In this document: positions 1 through 9,430 of the stretch, piece after piece
Position numbering within the stretch: position 1 is the first letter of the stretch
Layout of the letters: each line of letters opens with the position of its first letter
Source of the DNA: Minisyncoccota bacterium
GTDB taxonomy: Bacteria; Patescibacteriota; Minisyncoccia; Phycocordibacterales; UBA9973
DNA length: 64,000 nucleotides
Assembly: GCA_036517215.1 (NCBI GenBank)
Contig: DATDXF010000016.1
Location: forward strand, 3,175 to 67,174
Reading direction: 5' to 3'
Translations under genes and position numbers: made by a program
Notes under the pieces: model-generated
What the model was told of the DNA's origin: nothing
What the model saw: the letters and a program-made list of their open reading frames with translations, nothing else
The model's database searches: none

Positions 1-1306
1 GGGGTATCGCCCCTACGGCGCTATTGGTGTGCAAAGTAGAAAGCACCAAATGCCCGGTCAAGGCCGCCTGTATGGCAAGCTGAGCTGTTTCCTTGTCGCG
101 TATCTCTCCCACCATTATTATATCGGGATCCTGACGCAGAATAGATCGGAGCCCGGAAGCGAAAGTATAGCCGATTTCCGGCATCATCTGTGATTGGTTT
201 ATGTCGGGCATATGATACTCCACAGGGTCTTCCAGGGAAACAATGTTGCTCTTTTCCTTATCAAGAGCGTTCATCATTGAGTAAAGTGTCGTTGATTTTC
301 CGCTCCCCGTAGGTCCGGTAATGAGGATAAGCCCGTAGGGTCTTTTAATCGCTTCCTTCACTATTGCCAAGTTTGTTTCAGAAAGCCCGAGTTGGTCAAG
401 CGGCTTTACTCCTCTCTCCGAGTCAAGGATACGCATGACGACTTTTTCTCCGTAGTATGCGGGCATGGTTGAAACACGGAAGTCGATTTTATGCCCGTCA
501 ATATTCGCACTGAAACTGCCGTCCTGGGGTTTGCGTTTCTCGTCCAAGCGCAGCTTTGCGAGTATCTTTACGCGAGCCACTATCCCCCCGTACACATTCG
601 GAGGCAAGACAATGGTAGTATGGAGGACTCCGTCAATTCGGAAACGCACTTTGACCTTTTCACCGGTAAATTCGATATGTATATCCGAAGCATTGCCTTC
701 AAGGGCGTTCCTGAGTATGACCGCAACTATTTTTATAACTGGCGCGTCCTCCACAATCTTTGCTTCTTCCCCCGCCTTTATATTTTTTATTTCCTTGCTC
801 AGATTTTCCTCGCTTACTCCTTTATCGTCGGCCGCGTCGTCTTTTCCCAGCTCCGCCAGAGCCGACTCTACTTCGCTTCCGAGGCCCTTATATGTTTGCA
901 TTATTCCCTCGTAGTCGCTCTTGGAAATCAAGTACACCTTGAAAGGAATCCCGATTTTTGACGAGATGAACTGCAGGGCATCCATCGCCTGCATGTTTTC
1001 CGGGTCCATAACCCCCACTTCAAGTACTCCGTCTTTTAATTCAATCGGAGCGAAATGGTAGTGAGTAGCAGAGTCTTCGGAAATATACTTGAGGACATCA
1101 AAAGACATTTCTTCAACCTTTACGTTTTTTACGGGAATATTCAAATACTCTCCTTTCATTTCGAGTATTTTCTCTTCCGGTACGCCGGCTTCGATCAAAA
1201 CCGCATCAATATTACCATCGTATTCGGTTTTTGCCCTGTTTTTAATTTCGCCTATCTGGCTCTTATTGATTACCCCTTTTTTTGCTAGTTCTTCTAAAAA
1301 ACTCAT
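1..1306 (-). CDS. pilB: Type IV pilus assembly / secretion ATPase, GspE/PilB family (C-terminus cut by window edge)
   Basis: Own translation of minus strand from ATG at 1304-1306: GspE-N-like N-terminal region, Walker A GPTGSGKSTT, Asp box, His box TLHTNSA; absent from ORF track because it runs off position 1; + strand ORFs 465-961 are antisense artefacts. Confidence 0.85.
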   Translation of the reverse strand, partial: MSFLEELAKKGVINKSQIGEIKNRAKTEYDGNIDAVLIEAGVPEEKILEMKGEYLNIPVKNVKVEEMSFDVLKYISEDSATHYHFAPIELKDGVLEVGVMDPENMQAMDALQFISSKIGIPFKVYLISKSDYEGIMQTYKGLGSEVESALAELGKDDAADDKGVSEENLSKEIKNIKAGEEAKIVEDAPVIKIVAVILRNALEGNASDIHIEFTGEKVKVRFRIDGVLHTTIVLPPNVYGGIVARVKILAKLRLDEKRKPQDGSFSANIDGHKIDFRVSTMPAYYGEKVVMRILDSERGVKPLDQLGLSETNLAIVKEAIKRPYGLILITGPTGSGKSTTLYSMMNALDKEKSNIVSLEDPVEYHMPDINQSQMMPEIGYTFASGLRSILRQDPDIIMVGEIRDKETAQLAIQAALTGHLVLSTLHTNSAVGAIP

Positions 1307-1324
1307 GATTTATGATATTCCAGC

Positions 1325-2095
1325 CTAAGGAGTAGGAGTAACTGTGAACTGCCAGCTACTGGTGCTCTTGCCTTTGTTATTTGTTACAAAAAAACTATAT
1401 ATCCCCTGAACTACTGCCTGCGGCTGGGTAAGACCAAGTGGGGTTACCGAGGAAGGAATAGTAAAAACTATAGCTGTCCCATCGGACGAATTCAGATTTT
1501 GGATGGGAGACGATTTAAAACTTACCTTATTCCCGGATTTACTGAAACCAAATCCTTTTATGGTTACCACCGTGCCGACCGGTCCGGTCAAAGGTGTGAC
1601 AGAAGTTATTGAAAGAGCGTCGTCAAAATGGGTAGTCGCCTCGGCTGTATCTTCATCATTGTCCGTTAGATCCGGCAAATCTAGAATATCCGAAAGATCG
1701 GAAAGATCATCTTCGGGCACATCGAGACTTTCCGTAGGCTCTCCCGGTACATCATTCCCAAACTGGGCAAAAGGATTAGGTCTGCCTTCTGTGCCGTCCT
1801 GGGTAAGAGTAATACTGGAATCTCTGAGTCCCTTAAAAGCCGAGTCGGCTAAAATCGAATCGTCAAGTTTTATATTTCGTACGTTTAATAACAAAGCGAG
1901 AAAATCCTTGGCAACCAGAGAAGTTGCCCCCCCTCCTACTGCGCCCGGAACCGAGCCGTCTATGTTTGGAAGCGTAGTAGCGGATGAAGTTATCAGATTA
2001 GTCTGTTCGGCTGGCGGTTTTGTAAAGTACAGATAAGCCAAAAAGGCAACTACCGCAATTACTATTATTATGATGATGTTTCGGATTTTTAGCAT
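1325..2095 (-). CDS. Hypothetical membrane-anchored protein with C-terminal IPT/TIG-like domain (pilus operon member)
   Basis: 256 aa ORF, N-terminal TM helix, acidic linker, C-terminal VTPLTGPVGTVVTIKGFGF beta-sandwich-like motif; between pilO-like gene and pilB on same strand. Confidence 0.5.
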   Translation of the reverse strand: MLKIRNIIIIIVIAVVAFLAYLYFTKPPAEQTNLITSSATTLPNIDGSVPGAVGGGATSLVAKDFLALLLNVRNIKLDDSILADSAFKGLRDSSITLTQDGTEGRPNPFAQFGNDVPGEPTESLDVPEDDLSDLSDILDLPDLTDNDEDTAEATTHFDDALSITSVTPLTGPVGTVVTIKGFGFSKSGNKVSFKSSPIQNLNSSDGTAIVFTIPSSVTPLGLTQPQAVVQGIYSFFVTNNKGKSTSSWQFTVTPTP

Positions 2096-2099
2096 CGGT

Positions 2100-2702
2100 T
2101 TAATTTTTTAACCAATAAGTTCTGATTTTAAAATCATATTTGTAAACTTCCTCGAATCCTGTTTTCAGTAAAAGCCCCGTGCTCCCGGAGTCGGACGAAA
2201 ATGTAATTGAAGATATATCCACGATTCTCAAGTTGCTTTCAAGGTCTTTCGTAAATTTAATAAACTTATCATAGCTCGCGGAGGTGGAAAATTGTAATTC
2301 AAAAATTCCGTAATCTTTCGGGCCCTGGATGGGAGTATTCCCCCTTATCACCCCCGGGGTCGGCGCGGCGGCCTTGTCGGTAGCGGCATTATACCTGACA
2401 TCTCTTAAGACCAGGCCGTATGGCGTAACCATTTTTTCTATTTCAAGGATAAGGCGTATATTATCTACGTTCTCGGGTAAAAGTTTTTCCAGCTTGCTCA
2501 AGTTCTCTGGGTCAATGGTATTGAACTTTGCGGTCAATTTATCACGTTCGTTTTCAAGCGCTTTCGAATTGTTTAGCGCTTCGTCATAGGAGCTCACTTG
2601 TTCTTTGAGCGTGGCGATATCGTTATATCGCGGATTCGTGAACATGAAAAACAGAGCTACCGAGATTCCTATTAAAATAATTGGCATTATAAATCTAGTC
2701 AT
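2100..2702 (-). CDS. pilO: PilO-like type IV pilus inner-membrane assembly protein
   Basis: 200 aa, single N-terminal TM, coiled-coil region, position downstream of pilM-pilN in operon. Confidence 0.5.
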   Translation of the reverse strand: MTRFIMPIILIGISVALFFMFTNPRYNDIATLKEQVSSYDEALNNSKALENERDKLTAKFNTIDPENLSKLEKLLPENVDNIRLILEIEKMVTPYGLVLRDVRYNAATDKAAAPTPGVIRGNTPIQGPKDYGIFELQFSTSASYDKFIKFTKDLESNLRIVDISSITFSSDSGSTGLLLKTGFEEVYKYDFKIRTYWLKN

Positions 2703-2707
2703 AAAAT

Positions 2708-3337
2708 TTAATTTGGCACAGTGGTATTCTCGACACTATCAGCACTATCGGCGAGCAGGGTTTGCTTGTAGTTAATGAAAGATGGTTCGACCGAGAACTC
2801 TAAATCAAAAAGCACGTTCCCGCTATTGTCCAGCGTTAAATTTGAAAAAACAGGGTCAATCAGATTTTTATTTTTTGTAAACAAATCAGCTTGCAGGGCC
2901 ACGGAACGATAGCCGATAGCCTGACCCGACATTTTTATATCTACGGTGGACCCGTTGTCCGACGCCAGGTCGTAGCTGAATTTCGTATAGCGTACGGTTT
3001 TAAGTGTAATTTTTTCCAGCGCTTCAAAAACAGGGGTAATGGCCATGTGTTTGGATAAAATTTCATTCGAGGCGCGGAGGCGTTTGTCCAAAACCTGCAG
3101 CTCGGCTATCCTGGCAGGTTCAAAGCGGTATTTTGCCAAATTCAAGGTTTCCTCCATTCCGGAAATATTTTTTTGCAGGGCGCTTTTATAGAAATATAAG
3201 CTCCCTGTCGCCACAATCACGGCGAATAAAATCAGAAGGGATAGAACAAATAAAAGGCCTATCGGCCGCGACGATTGAGCACGCTCGGGGACCATCGGCT
3301 TTTTAGGTATAAATGATGTTTGAAAGTTTTGTTCCAT
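2708..3337 (-). CDS. pilN: PilN-like type IV pilus assembly protein
   Basis: 209 aa, single N-terminal TM helix, immediately downstream of pilM. Confidence 0.5.
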   Translation of the reverse strand: MEQNFQTSFIPKKPMVPERAQSSRPIGLLFVLSLLILFAVIVATGSLYFYKSALQKNISGMEETLNLAKYRFEPARIAELQVLDKRLRASNEILSKHMAITPVFEALEKITLKTVRYTKFSYDLASDNGSTVDIKMSGQAIGYRSVALQADLFTKNKNLIDPVFSNLTLDNSGNVLFDLEFSVEPSFINYKQTLLADSADSVENTTVPN

Positions 3338-3435
3338 TTATTGCTCTTATTATATAACAAAGGCTGTTTTTAACGAAGCAAATTGTGTATAACTTCCCCG
3401 ACAAGTACCTCACCCGAAATATATACACCCGATAA

Positions 3436-4563
3436 TTACTGCAACTTTCTGAGTGCCAAGCCGAGTGCCACGGCAAATTCCGGACCCATGTTGGTAAGTA
3501 CCTTATTTAAAAACGCCGGAGCCTCAACTTTTGAAAAGGGATGCCCTATTTCTATTTCCGCTTTAAAATTATTTGTGGCGACTTCGGGAAGTCCCTTTAG
3601 AAGCGAGCCGCCTCCGGTAAATATTACCTTACTGATGGTGCGACCATGCTTCTTCTCGTACCCCAAGAGCACGTTATTTGTTTCGGAAAAAATATAATCG
3701 ACATGCACCCTGATGATATCTGCCAAATTTTTATCCGCGGGATTCCCGAAAAGACCGAACTCTTTTTTCATCTTCTCCGCATCTGTGAACGGAATACTTA
3801 AGGATTTGGAAATAGAGTTTGTGATATCCGCTCCTCCGCGCTCTACCGTGTGGTAATTTTTCACCATCCCGAATTCTACTATCGTCAGCTTGGTCCGCGA
3901 AGCACCGAAGTCGATCAAGAGCACAGGGGAAAGCTCGTGCTCAAAATTAGCGCGAATGGAAGAAAAAACTTCAATTTCAAAAAAGGACGCGGAGAGACCG
4001 CAGCCGGATACAATGGAACGGTATTTTGCAACCGCATCGTTCTGCGTGGCAACCACCAGGACATTTACTTTTTCTGCCACACCCGGAGAAGCTTCGGCGC
4101 TGTTCATGTCTTCAAAGGAAGATTCTTTTTTGGGCAATATGAAATAATCTATGGAAACTTCGTTGACCGGAAGCGGTATGTATTTGCGCGCCTCAGTAGG
4201 GACTACGGAATCTATCTCGGCCACGGTTACCTGCGCAGGAAGCTCAATCGTAAAAATCAGGCTTGACTGCACAGGAATGGAAAGAGCGGGAGAACTCGCT
4301 GTCGCGCCGGACTGTTTTAGAATTTCCTTCAAAGCCAAAATAATTTTTTCAACCGGCGGATTTGTAACCCGTCCGGCTTCCATTTCGTTATAGGGCCCCA
4401 AGGCAATGGAGCCGTATGTTTCAAGGACCGCTTTACTGCCCTTCTTTTTTATCTCAACGATTTTAATCGCGGAAGACCCTATATCAATGCCGATAGCTGT
4501 GCTTTCCCCTCCGCGACCCACAGAGCCGAAGCCGGAAAAAAGATTTTTCAATAGATTGCTCAT
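3436..4563 (-). CDS. pilM: Type IV pilus assembly protein PilM (actin-like ATPase fold)
   Basis: 375 aa; IGIDIGSSAIKIVEI N-terminal motif and overall actin/FtsA-like pattern typical of PilM; first gene of operon. Confidence 0.8.
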   Translation of the reverse strand: MSNLLKNLFSGFGSVGRGGESTAIGIDIGSSAIKIVEIKKKGSKAVLETYGSIALGPYNEMEAGRVTNPPVEKIILALKEILKQSGATASSPALSIPVQSSLIFTIELPAQVTVAEIDSVVPTEARKYIPLPVNEVSIDYFILPKKESSFEDMNSAEASPGVAEKVNVLVVATQNDAVAKYRSIVSGCGLSASFFEIEVFSSIRANFEHELSPVLLIDFGASRTKLTIVEFGMVKNYHTVERGGADITNSISKSLSIPFTDAEKMKKEFGLFGNPADKNLADIIRVHVDYIFSETNNVLLGYEKKHGRTISKVIFTGGGSLLKGLPEVATNNFKAEIEIGHPFSKVEAPAFLNKVLTNMGPEFAVALGLALRKLQ

Positions 4564-4618
4564 CCCATATGAAATTAATTAATAAAGATTCGCTGTAATC
4601 CGTTATTCCCGCAAATTT

Positions 4619-4683
4619 CGTACGGGACACGTTTTTATTATGCTAAAATACCCTACAAGTATAGCATATACCTGTCCCGTTAG
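4619..4683. promoter_or_regulatory. Nested palindrome in divergent pilM/comF promoter region (CGTACGGGACACG ... TATGCTA-N16-TAGCATA ... CCTGTCCCGTTAG)
   Basis: Outer arms ACGGGACA / TGTCCCGT are reverse complements, inner TATGCTA/TAGCATA palindrome; same 9-mer arms recur in the rpmI and rpsZ leaders. Confidence 0.4.
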
Positions 4684-4739
4684 AAATACTCTATGATTAC
4701 AATAAACCACGAAATATTATCAATAAAATTTCTAATGGG

Positions 4740-5402
4740 ATGAGTTTTTTAGACACCATACTTGAGATAATTTTCCCGACAAAATGCGTATTTTGCGGCA
4801 AAAACGGGGACGACCTATGCCTTGAGTGCCTAAGCGGTGCGCCAGCGGCAGAGCGAGAAAGCGCAAAGTGGATATACCCAGTGTATGATTACCGTCATCC
4901 GGCCATTAAAAAATCACTATGGCTACTAAAGTATAAGGGCAAAAAAAGACTTGCCGGTGTTTTTGCGGAAACTCTTTATGAAAAAATTATAGAAGAGTTG
5001 TCCGAATTGTCGGTAATGGAAAATTTCAATCAGCCGATACTGGTTCCCATCCCTCTTGCCTCCGCGAGATACCGGGAAAGGGGGTTCAATCAGTCGGAAT
5101 TGATTTGCAAAGAGCTGATAAAAATAAATGGCGAGCGCCAGTCGGGCATAGAGTTAAAATTGGGGAATAATATCTTAACCAAGACTAAAGACACGGTACA
5201 CCAGGCTCGCATCAAGAACCGGATTGCCCGGCTTAAAAATATTGCCGGAAGTTTCGAGGTAAATAATCCGCTAGCGGTAAAAAGAAAAAACATAATTCTT
5301 ATAGACGATATCTTGACTACCGGAGCCACCCTCACGGAAGCGCGAAAAGTGCTGAAACGCTCCGGGGCGCGAAAAATAATAGCATTCACTTTGGCGCATT
5401 AG
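4740..5402 (+). CDS. comFC: ComF family protein (phosphoribosyltransferase-domain competence protein)
   Basis: N-terminal double CxxC zinc finger (CVFCGKNGDDLCLECL), C-terminal PRTase motif ILIDDILTTGATL. Confidence 0.8.
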   Translation: MSFLDTILEIIFPTKCVFCGKNGDDLCLECLSGAPAAERESAKWIYPVYDYRHPAIKKSLWLLKYKGKKRLAGVFAETLYEKIIEELSELSVMENFNQPILVPIPLASARYRERGFNQSELICKELIKINGERQSGIELKLGNNILTKTKDTVHQARIKNRIARLKNIAGSFEVNNPLAVKRKNIILIDDILTTGATLTEARKVLKRSGARKIIAFTLAH

Positions 5403-5453
5403 GGCACAGAAAAGATTACATAATGTCGTATTTAAGATGGTATAATATTTCGC

Positions 5454-6041
5454 ATGACCGGCTTTTTTGAAACAATACTACCATGGATTGATTCCTCCAA
5501 ATACATTCTGCTTTTTATCGGATGCATAGTCGAAGGACCGATCGTTATGATGGCAAGCGGCTTTCTGCTCCACCTTGGGAAATTCAGCCTACTCCCTATG
5601 TATTTGGTTTTGGTGCTGGGAGACTTTGCGGCCGATATAATATGGTATTGCCTAGGCCGGTTCGGAACCCGCCATACTATTTTCAAATACGGCCACCTGA
5701 TAAAACTTACCCCGGCGGTCCTGGAAAAGATAGAAAACCGCTTTATGAGATACCACCAAAAAATTCTCATCATTTCAAAATTAACAATGGGATTGGGTTT
5801 TGCCATGGTAGTATTAGTTGTGGCCGGAATATTTAAAGTTCCTTTCAAAAATTACGCTGTTTTGAATTTAATCGGCGGTTTTGTGTGGACGGCTTTCTTG
5901 GTTACAATAGGATATTTTTTTGGAAATGTTTACTCCGCCGTACCGGAATCGGCCAAGATTATTTTCGCTTTTGGCGTTCTTATCTTAATTATTTTCGGCA
6001 TACGTTTTGCAAATAATTATTTGACGAAAATAGAAATATAG
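5454..6041 (+). CDS. dedA: DedA/SNARE-associated family membrane protein
   Basis: 195 aa polytopic protein with DedA-type motifs (EGP...G, LGDFAADIIWYCLGRFG). Confidence 0.75.
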   Translation: MTGFFETILPWIDSSKYILLFIGCIVEGPIVMMASGFLLHLGKFSLLPMYLVLVLGDFAADIIWYCLGRFGTRHTIFKYGHLIKLTPAVLEKIENRFMRYHQKILIISKLTMGLGFAMVVLVVAGIFKVPFKNYAVLNLIGGFVWTAFLVTIGYFFGNVYSAVPESAKIIFAFGVLILIIFGIRFANNYLTKIEI

Positions 6042-6046
6042 AAATC

Positions 6047-6769
6047 ATGATATCAATCATCATTCCAACCTTAAATGAGGAAAAGGCAATAGGAAATACC
6101 ATAAACTCCCTGAGAGAGCTCCGTGATTATGATTACGAAATAATAATCTCCGACGGAAAAAGCAAAGACGGAACAGTCGATATAGCAAAATCTCTAGGCG
6201 CAAAAACAATAGTTTACGACGGAGCGGCGCGCCAGACCATCGGAGCCGGCAGAAACCTGGGCACAACCATGGCTTCCGGGGATTTTTTTGTCTTCCTAGA
6301 TGCCGACGTGGTAATCCCCGATATTAACGAATTTTTTAAAAAGACGCTCCGGCTTTTCGGCAAAGACGAACGGTTGGTAGGCCTGGTTGTCCGGCAAGAA
6401 GTGTCCCGGGAAGTTGAGACCCTGCCTGACAGGTTTTTCTTTACAATGGTAAATTATACTTATTTTATCTTGAATAACATTTTTAAATTCGGCGGCGCCG
6501 GAGGCGAATTCCAGATGATCAAAGCCGCGATTTTTAAAAAGCTGGGGGGTTATAATGAAAACTTGGCCGCCGGAGAAGACAACGATATGTTCCAAAGGCT
6601 GGCAAAAAAGGGCAGAACAAGAATAGACATGTCTTTGACAGTTTTACATCTAGGCAGAAGAGCGCATAAAACAGGCTGGCCGAAGTTAATTTTCAGCTGG
6701 ACAACAAATTGGTTCTCGGCACTAATTTTTAATAACTCAGCCAGTAAAGTTTGGGAGGAAATCCGGTAA
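6047..6769 (+). CDS. Glycosyltransferase family 2
   Basis: IIIPTLNEE N-terminus, DGKSKDGT and DAD motifs typical of GT2/GT-A. Confidence 0.8.
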   Translation: MISIIIPTLNEEKAIGNTINSLRELRDYDYEIIISDGKSKDGTVDIAKSLGAKTIVYDGAARQTIGAGRNLGTTMASGDFFVFLDADVVIPDINEFFKKTLRLFGKDERLVGLVVRQEVSREVETLPDRFFFTMVNYTYFILNNIFKFGGAGGEFQMIKAAIFKKLGGYNENLAAGEDNDMFQRLAKKGRTRIDMSLTVLHLGRRAHKTGWPKLIFSWTTNWFSALIFNNSASKVWEEIR

Positions 6770-6777
6770 TTTTTCTT

Positions 6778-7488
6778 ATGAAATTAAGTATAATTATACC
6801 TGCTTATAACGAAGAGGCATACATACAGAATTGCCTTGAAAGTATTCAGAAATACGGGGCGGCCGACTCATGTGAGGTAATCGTGGTAGACAACGGTAGC
6901 ACCGACCGGACCGGCAGCATCGCTTCACGCTTCCCTTTTGTGACAATAGTCTCGGAAAAGAAAAAAGGAAATAGCCACGCCAGGCAGAAAGGGCTTATTT
7001 GCGCGAAGGGCGAGCTTGTCGCGTTTTTGGATGCCGACAGCGCCATAAGCGAAAACTGGCTAAGAGCCGCGATAAAAGAATTCACTTCGGATAGCGACCT
7101 GGTTGCCTTAAGCGGACCGTGCGTTTTTTACGACATTGAAAACCGCTATTCCACGCTTGTCTGGATATATTTTAATATTATAGTTATTCCTTTTTCCAAG
7201 ATAAATTCCGTGGTTTTGCTCGGAAACTTGGTGGTTAAAAAAAGTGCTATAATGGAAATCGGCGGTTTTGACACGAACATAGCTTTTTACGGAGACGACA
7301 CGAACATAGCCAGACGCTTAAAAAAAGTCGGCAAGGTTATGTTAAAGAAGGATTTTATAATTTACACTTCCGCGAGAAGGCTGAAGAAAGAAGGGGTGGT
7401 AAAAACCGGGCTGACATATATAGCGAATTATTGCTCGGAGAAATTTTTTCACCGGCAAGTAACAAAAAAATACCTGGATATAAGATAA
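6778..7488 (+). CDS. Glycosyltransferase family 2
   Basis: LSIIIPAYNEE, VDNGSTD, LDADS motifs; track uses TTG at 6751, ATG at 6778 (MKLSIII) more likely; GGGAGG at 6753-6758. Confidence 0.75.
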   Translation: MKLSIIIPAYNEEAYIQNCLESIQKYGAADSCEVIVVDNGSTDRTGSIASRFPFVTIVSEKKKGNSHARQKGLICAKGELVAFLDADSAISENWLRAAIKEFTSDSDLVALSGPCVFYDIENRYSTLVWIYFNIIVIPFSKINSVVLLGNLVVKKSAIMEIGGFDTNIAFYGDDTNIARRLKKVGKVMLKKDFIIYTSARRLKKEGVVKTGLTYIANYCSEKFFHRQVTKKYLDIR

Positions 7489-7504
7489 TAAGAATTTACT
7501 AAAC

Positions 7505-8143
7505 ATGAAAGAGTATAAGAATTATTTTACCGACAAAAGTTTCCTGATAGCCTTTGTAAGCGCTGTGGCGCTCCTTATGATAAGCCTTGTTGTGCAATAT
7601 CATGCCAGTTTCTATGTCGACCGGTCAGTCAGCGAATCCGTCACCGACATAATTCTTTCCAACACCCGCGCATGGGAAGTGGACGGCATTTTCGTTTACG
7701 GAGCTCTGCTTCTGACTTTTGTGGCAATGGTAGTGGGTTTAAGGAAACCGAATTACTCGCCTTTTATAATGAAAAGTGTCGCGCTTTTTACAATTATCCG
7801 GTCTTGCTTTGTGAGCCTTACCCACATTAGCCCTTTCCCTACCCGCGTGGTCATTGACTCCACCTTCTTTACGCACCCATGGTTTAATGGCATTTTTACG
7901 GGTAATGACCTTTTCTTCTCCGGGCATACCGGAGTGCCGTTTCTTCTGGCTCTGATATTTTGGGAACACAAGATTTTGAGATACATTTTTCTTGGTTTTT
8001 CCATGGTATTCGCGGTAGTTGTTCTTTTGGGCCATTTACACTATTCTATAGATGTCGCTTCCGCTTACTTTATTACCTTCACTATTTTTCATATGTGTAA
8101 ATTTTTATTCAAGAAAGACTGGGAGTTATTTTTAAAAAAATAA
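7505..8143 (+). CDS. PAP2-superfamily-like integral membrane protein
   Basis: Multi-TM 212 aa; SGHT and HYSIDV motifs resemble PAP2 / sphingomyelin-synthase-like phosphatase signature. Confidence 0.4.
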   Translation: MKEYKNYFTDKSFLIAFVSAVALLMISLVVQYHASFYVDRSVSESVTDIILSNTRAWEVDGIFVYGALLLTFVAMVVGLRKPNYSPFIMKSVALFTIIRSCFVSLTHISPFPTRVVIDSTFFTHPWFNGIFTGNDLFFSGHTGVPFLLALIFWEHKILRYIFLGFSMVFAVVVLLGHLHYSIDVASAYFITFTIFHMCKFLFKKDWELFLKK

Positions 8144-8144
8144 A

Positions 8145-9332
8145 ATGAAACATTGTAAAGATTGCGAGCCGGCTCAAGAAATACACGCGATTGCTTATAT
8201 GTCGGTTGTTTTTGGGTGGCTGGACCAGCCGCTTTTCGACATAATGGAGCTCGTCTTCAAAAACACCGCGGAAAAAATTTCTAATAAAATAACCCTGCCA
8301 TTTTTTAAAACTATGGTTTTTTTAAAACTGGGATATTTTACCGATAAACCAGACAAAAATGACACCTGGCGCACAAAATGTTTTTGGGAAGAAGCGGAGC
8401 GCCGAGGCATAAAAATGCGGGAGTTTCACTTGGGGCCAGTGCGCGACGGCTTTATCGCCGAATATAAAGGTAAAACGATGATATTTGACGGACTGCCACG
8501 TCCCGGACTGGAAGAATCCCCCGCCCTTAAATGGATGGACAACAAAGGCACCATGAAAGAGAAATTTTTAAAAGAAGGCCTGCCGGTTGCCCGCGGCGGA
8601 GTCGCTTTTACCAAACGTACCGCTCTTGAAATTTTTAATAGCATAACTAAGCCAGTTATTACCAAACCCAACCTAGGGTCCCGGAGCAGGCACACTACGA
8701 TACACTTGAACACCCCGCAGGACTTGATTATGGGTTTTAAAAAAGCTAAAAAACTCTCCCCGTTAGTAGTCATTGAAGAAGAGCTCCGCGGATATCTTTT
8801 CCGCGGAACCTTGATAGACCGCAAGCTCGCGGGCGTGGTAAGGCGGGATCAACCTGAAGTTACCGGAGACGGAATACATACCTTGCGCGAACTTATGGAA
8901 AAAGAAAACGAGAGACCTGAGCGCATGGGTCCTATTTTCCATCAGATTGTGGTGGATAAAGAGACGGAAACCGAACTGCTAAGGGAAAAAATAACCATGA
9001 ATGATATCCCGGAAAAAGGACGGGTAGTTACTTTTTCCCAAAAAACCAGCCGCGGCTGCGGAGGCACCACCACGGAAGTTACGGATATAATACACCCGGA
9101 TAATGTGGAGATGCTGGAACACGTGGGGAAGTTCTTAAACGACCCCCTTGTCGGCGTGGATTTTATAATGGAAGATATAACCAAATCGTGGAAAGAAGAA
9201 CAACATTGTGGCATCATAGAGTGCAACAGCCTGCCTTTCATAGACCTGCACCACTATCCCCTTTTCGGAAAGCCAAATAACGTAGCCGGAAAACTTTGGG
9301 ACCTGGTGTTGTCGGAATCCAAAACTGATTAA
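8145..9332 (+). CDS. ATP-grasp fold ligase-like protein
   Basis: 395 aa; central region resembles ATP-grasp domain (RimK/cyanophycin-synthetase-like), assignment by pattern only. Confidence 0.4.
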   Translation: MKHCKDCEPAQEIHAIAYMSVVFGWLDQPLFDIMELVFKNTAEKISNKITLPFFKTMVFLKLGYFTDKPDKNDTWRTKCFWEEAERRGIKMREFHLGPVRDGFIAEYKGKTMIFDGLPRPGLEESPALKWMDNKGTMKEKFLKEGLPVARGGVAFTKRTALEIFNSITKPVITKPNLGSRSRHTTIHLNTPQDLIMGFKKAKKLSPLVVIEEELRGYLFRGTLIDRKLAGVVRRDQPEVTGDGIHTLRELMEKENERPERMGPIFHQIVVDKETETELLREKITMNDIPEKGRVVTFSQKTSRGCGGTTTEVTDIIHPDNVEMLEHVGKFLNDPLVGVDFIMEDITKSWKEEQHCGIIECNSLPFIDLHHYPLFGKPNNVAGKLWDLVLSESKTD

Positions 9333-9430
9333 AGTAAAATAATTTGGTCACAATATAATACTTGGTGATAAAAACGTCTGGGATAAAGTGACGGAGTGGA
9401 TAGATAAAATAAAAGAGTTAAAATAAGTTA

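Noticed and set aside
465-1328. Plus-strand ORFs 465..914, 491..961, 760..942, 1055..1288, 1089..1328
   Set aside because: They lie antisense to the clearly conserved pilB/GspE reading frame, which was translated and shows Walker A and His box. Low-complexity products.
5432-5848. Minus-strand 138-aa ORF and + 104-aa ORF overlapping dedA
   Set aside because: Antisense or alternate-frame to a well-supported DedA membrane protein gene.
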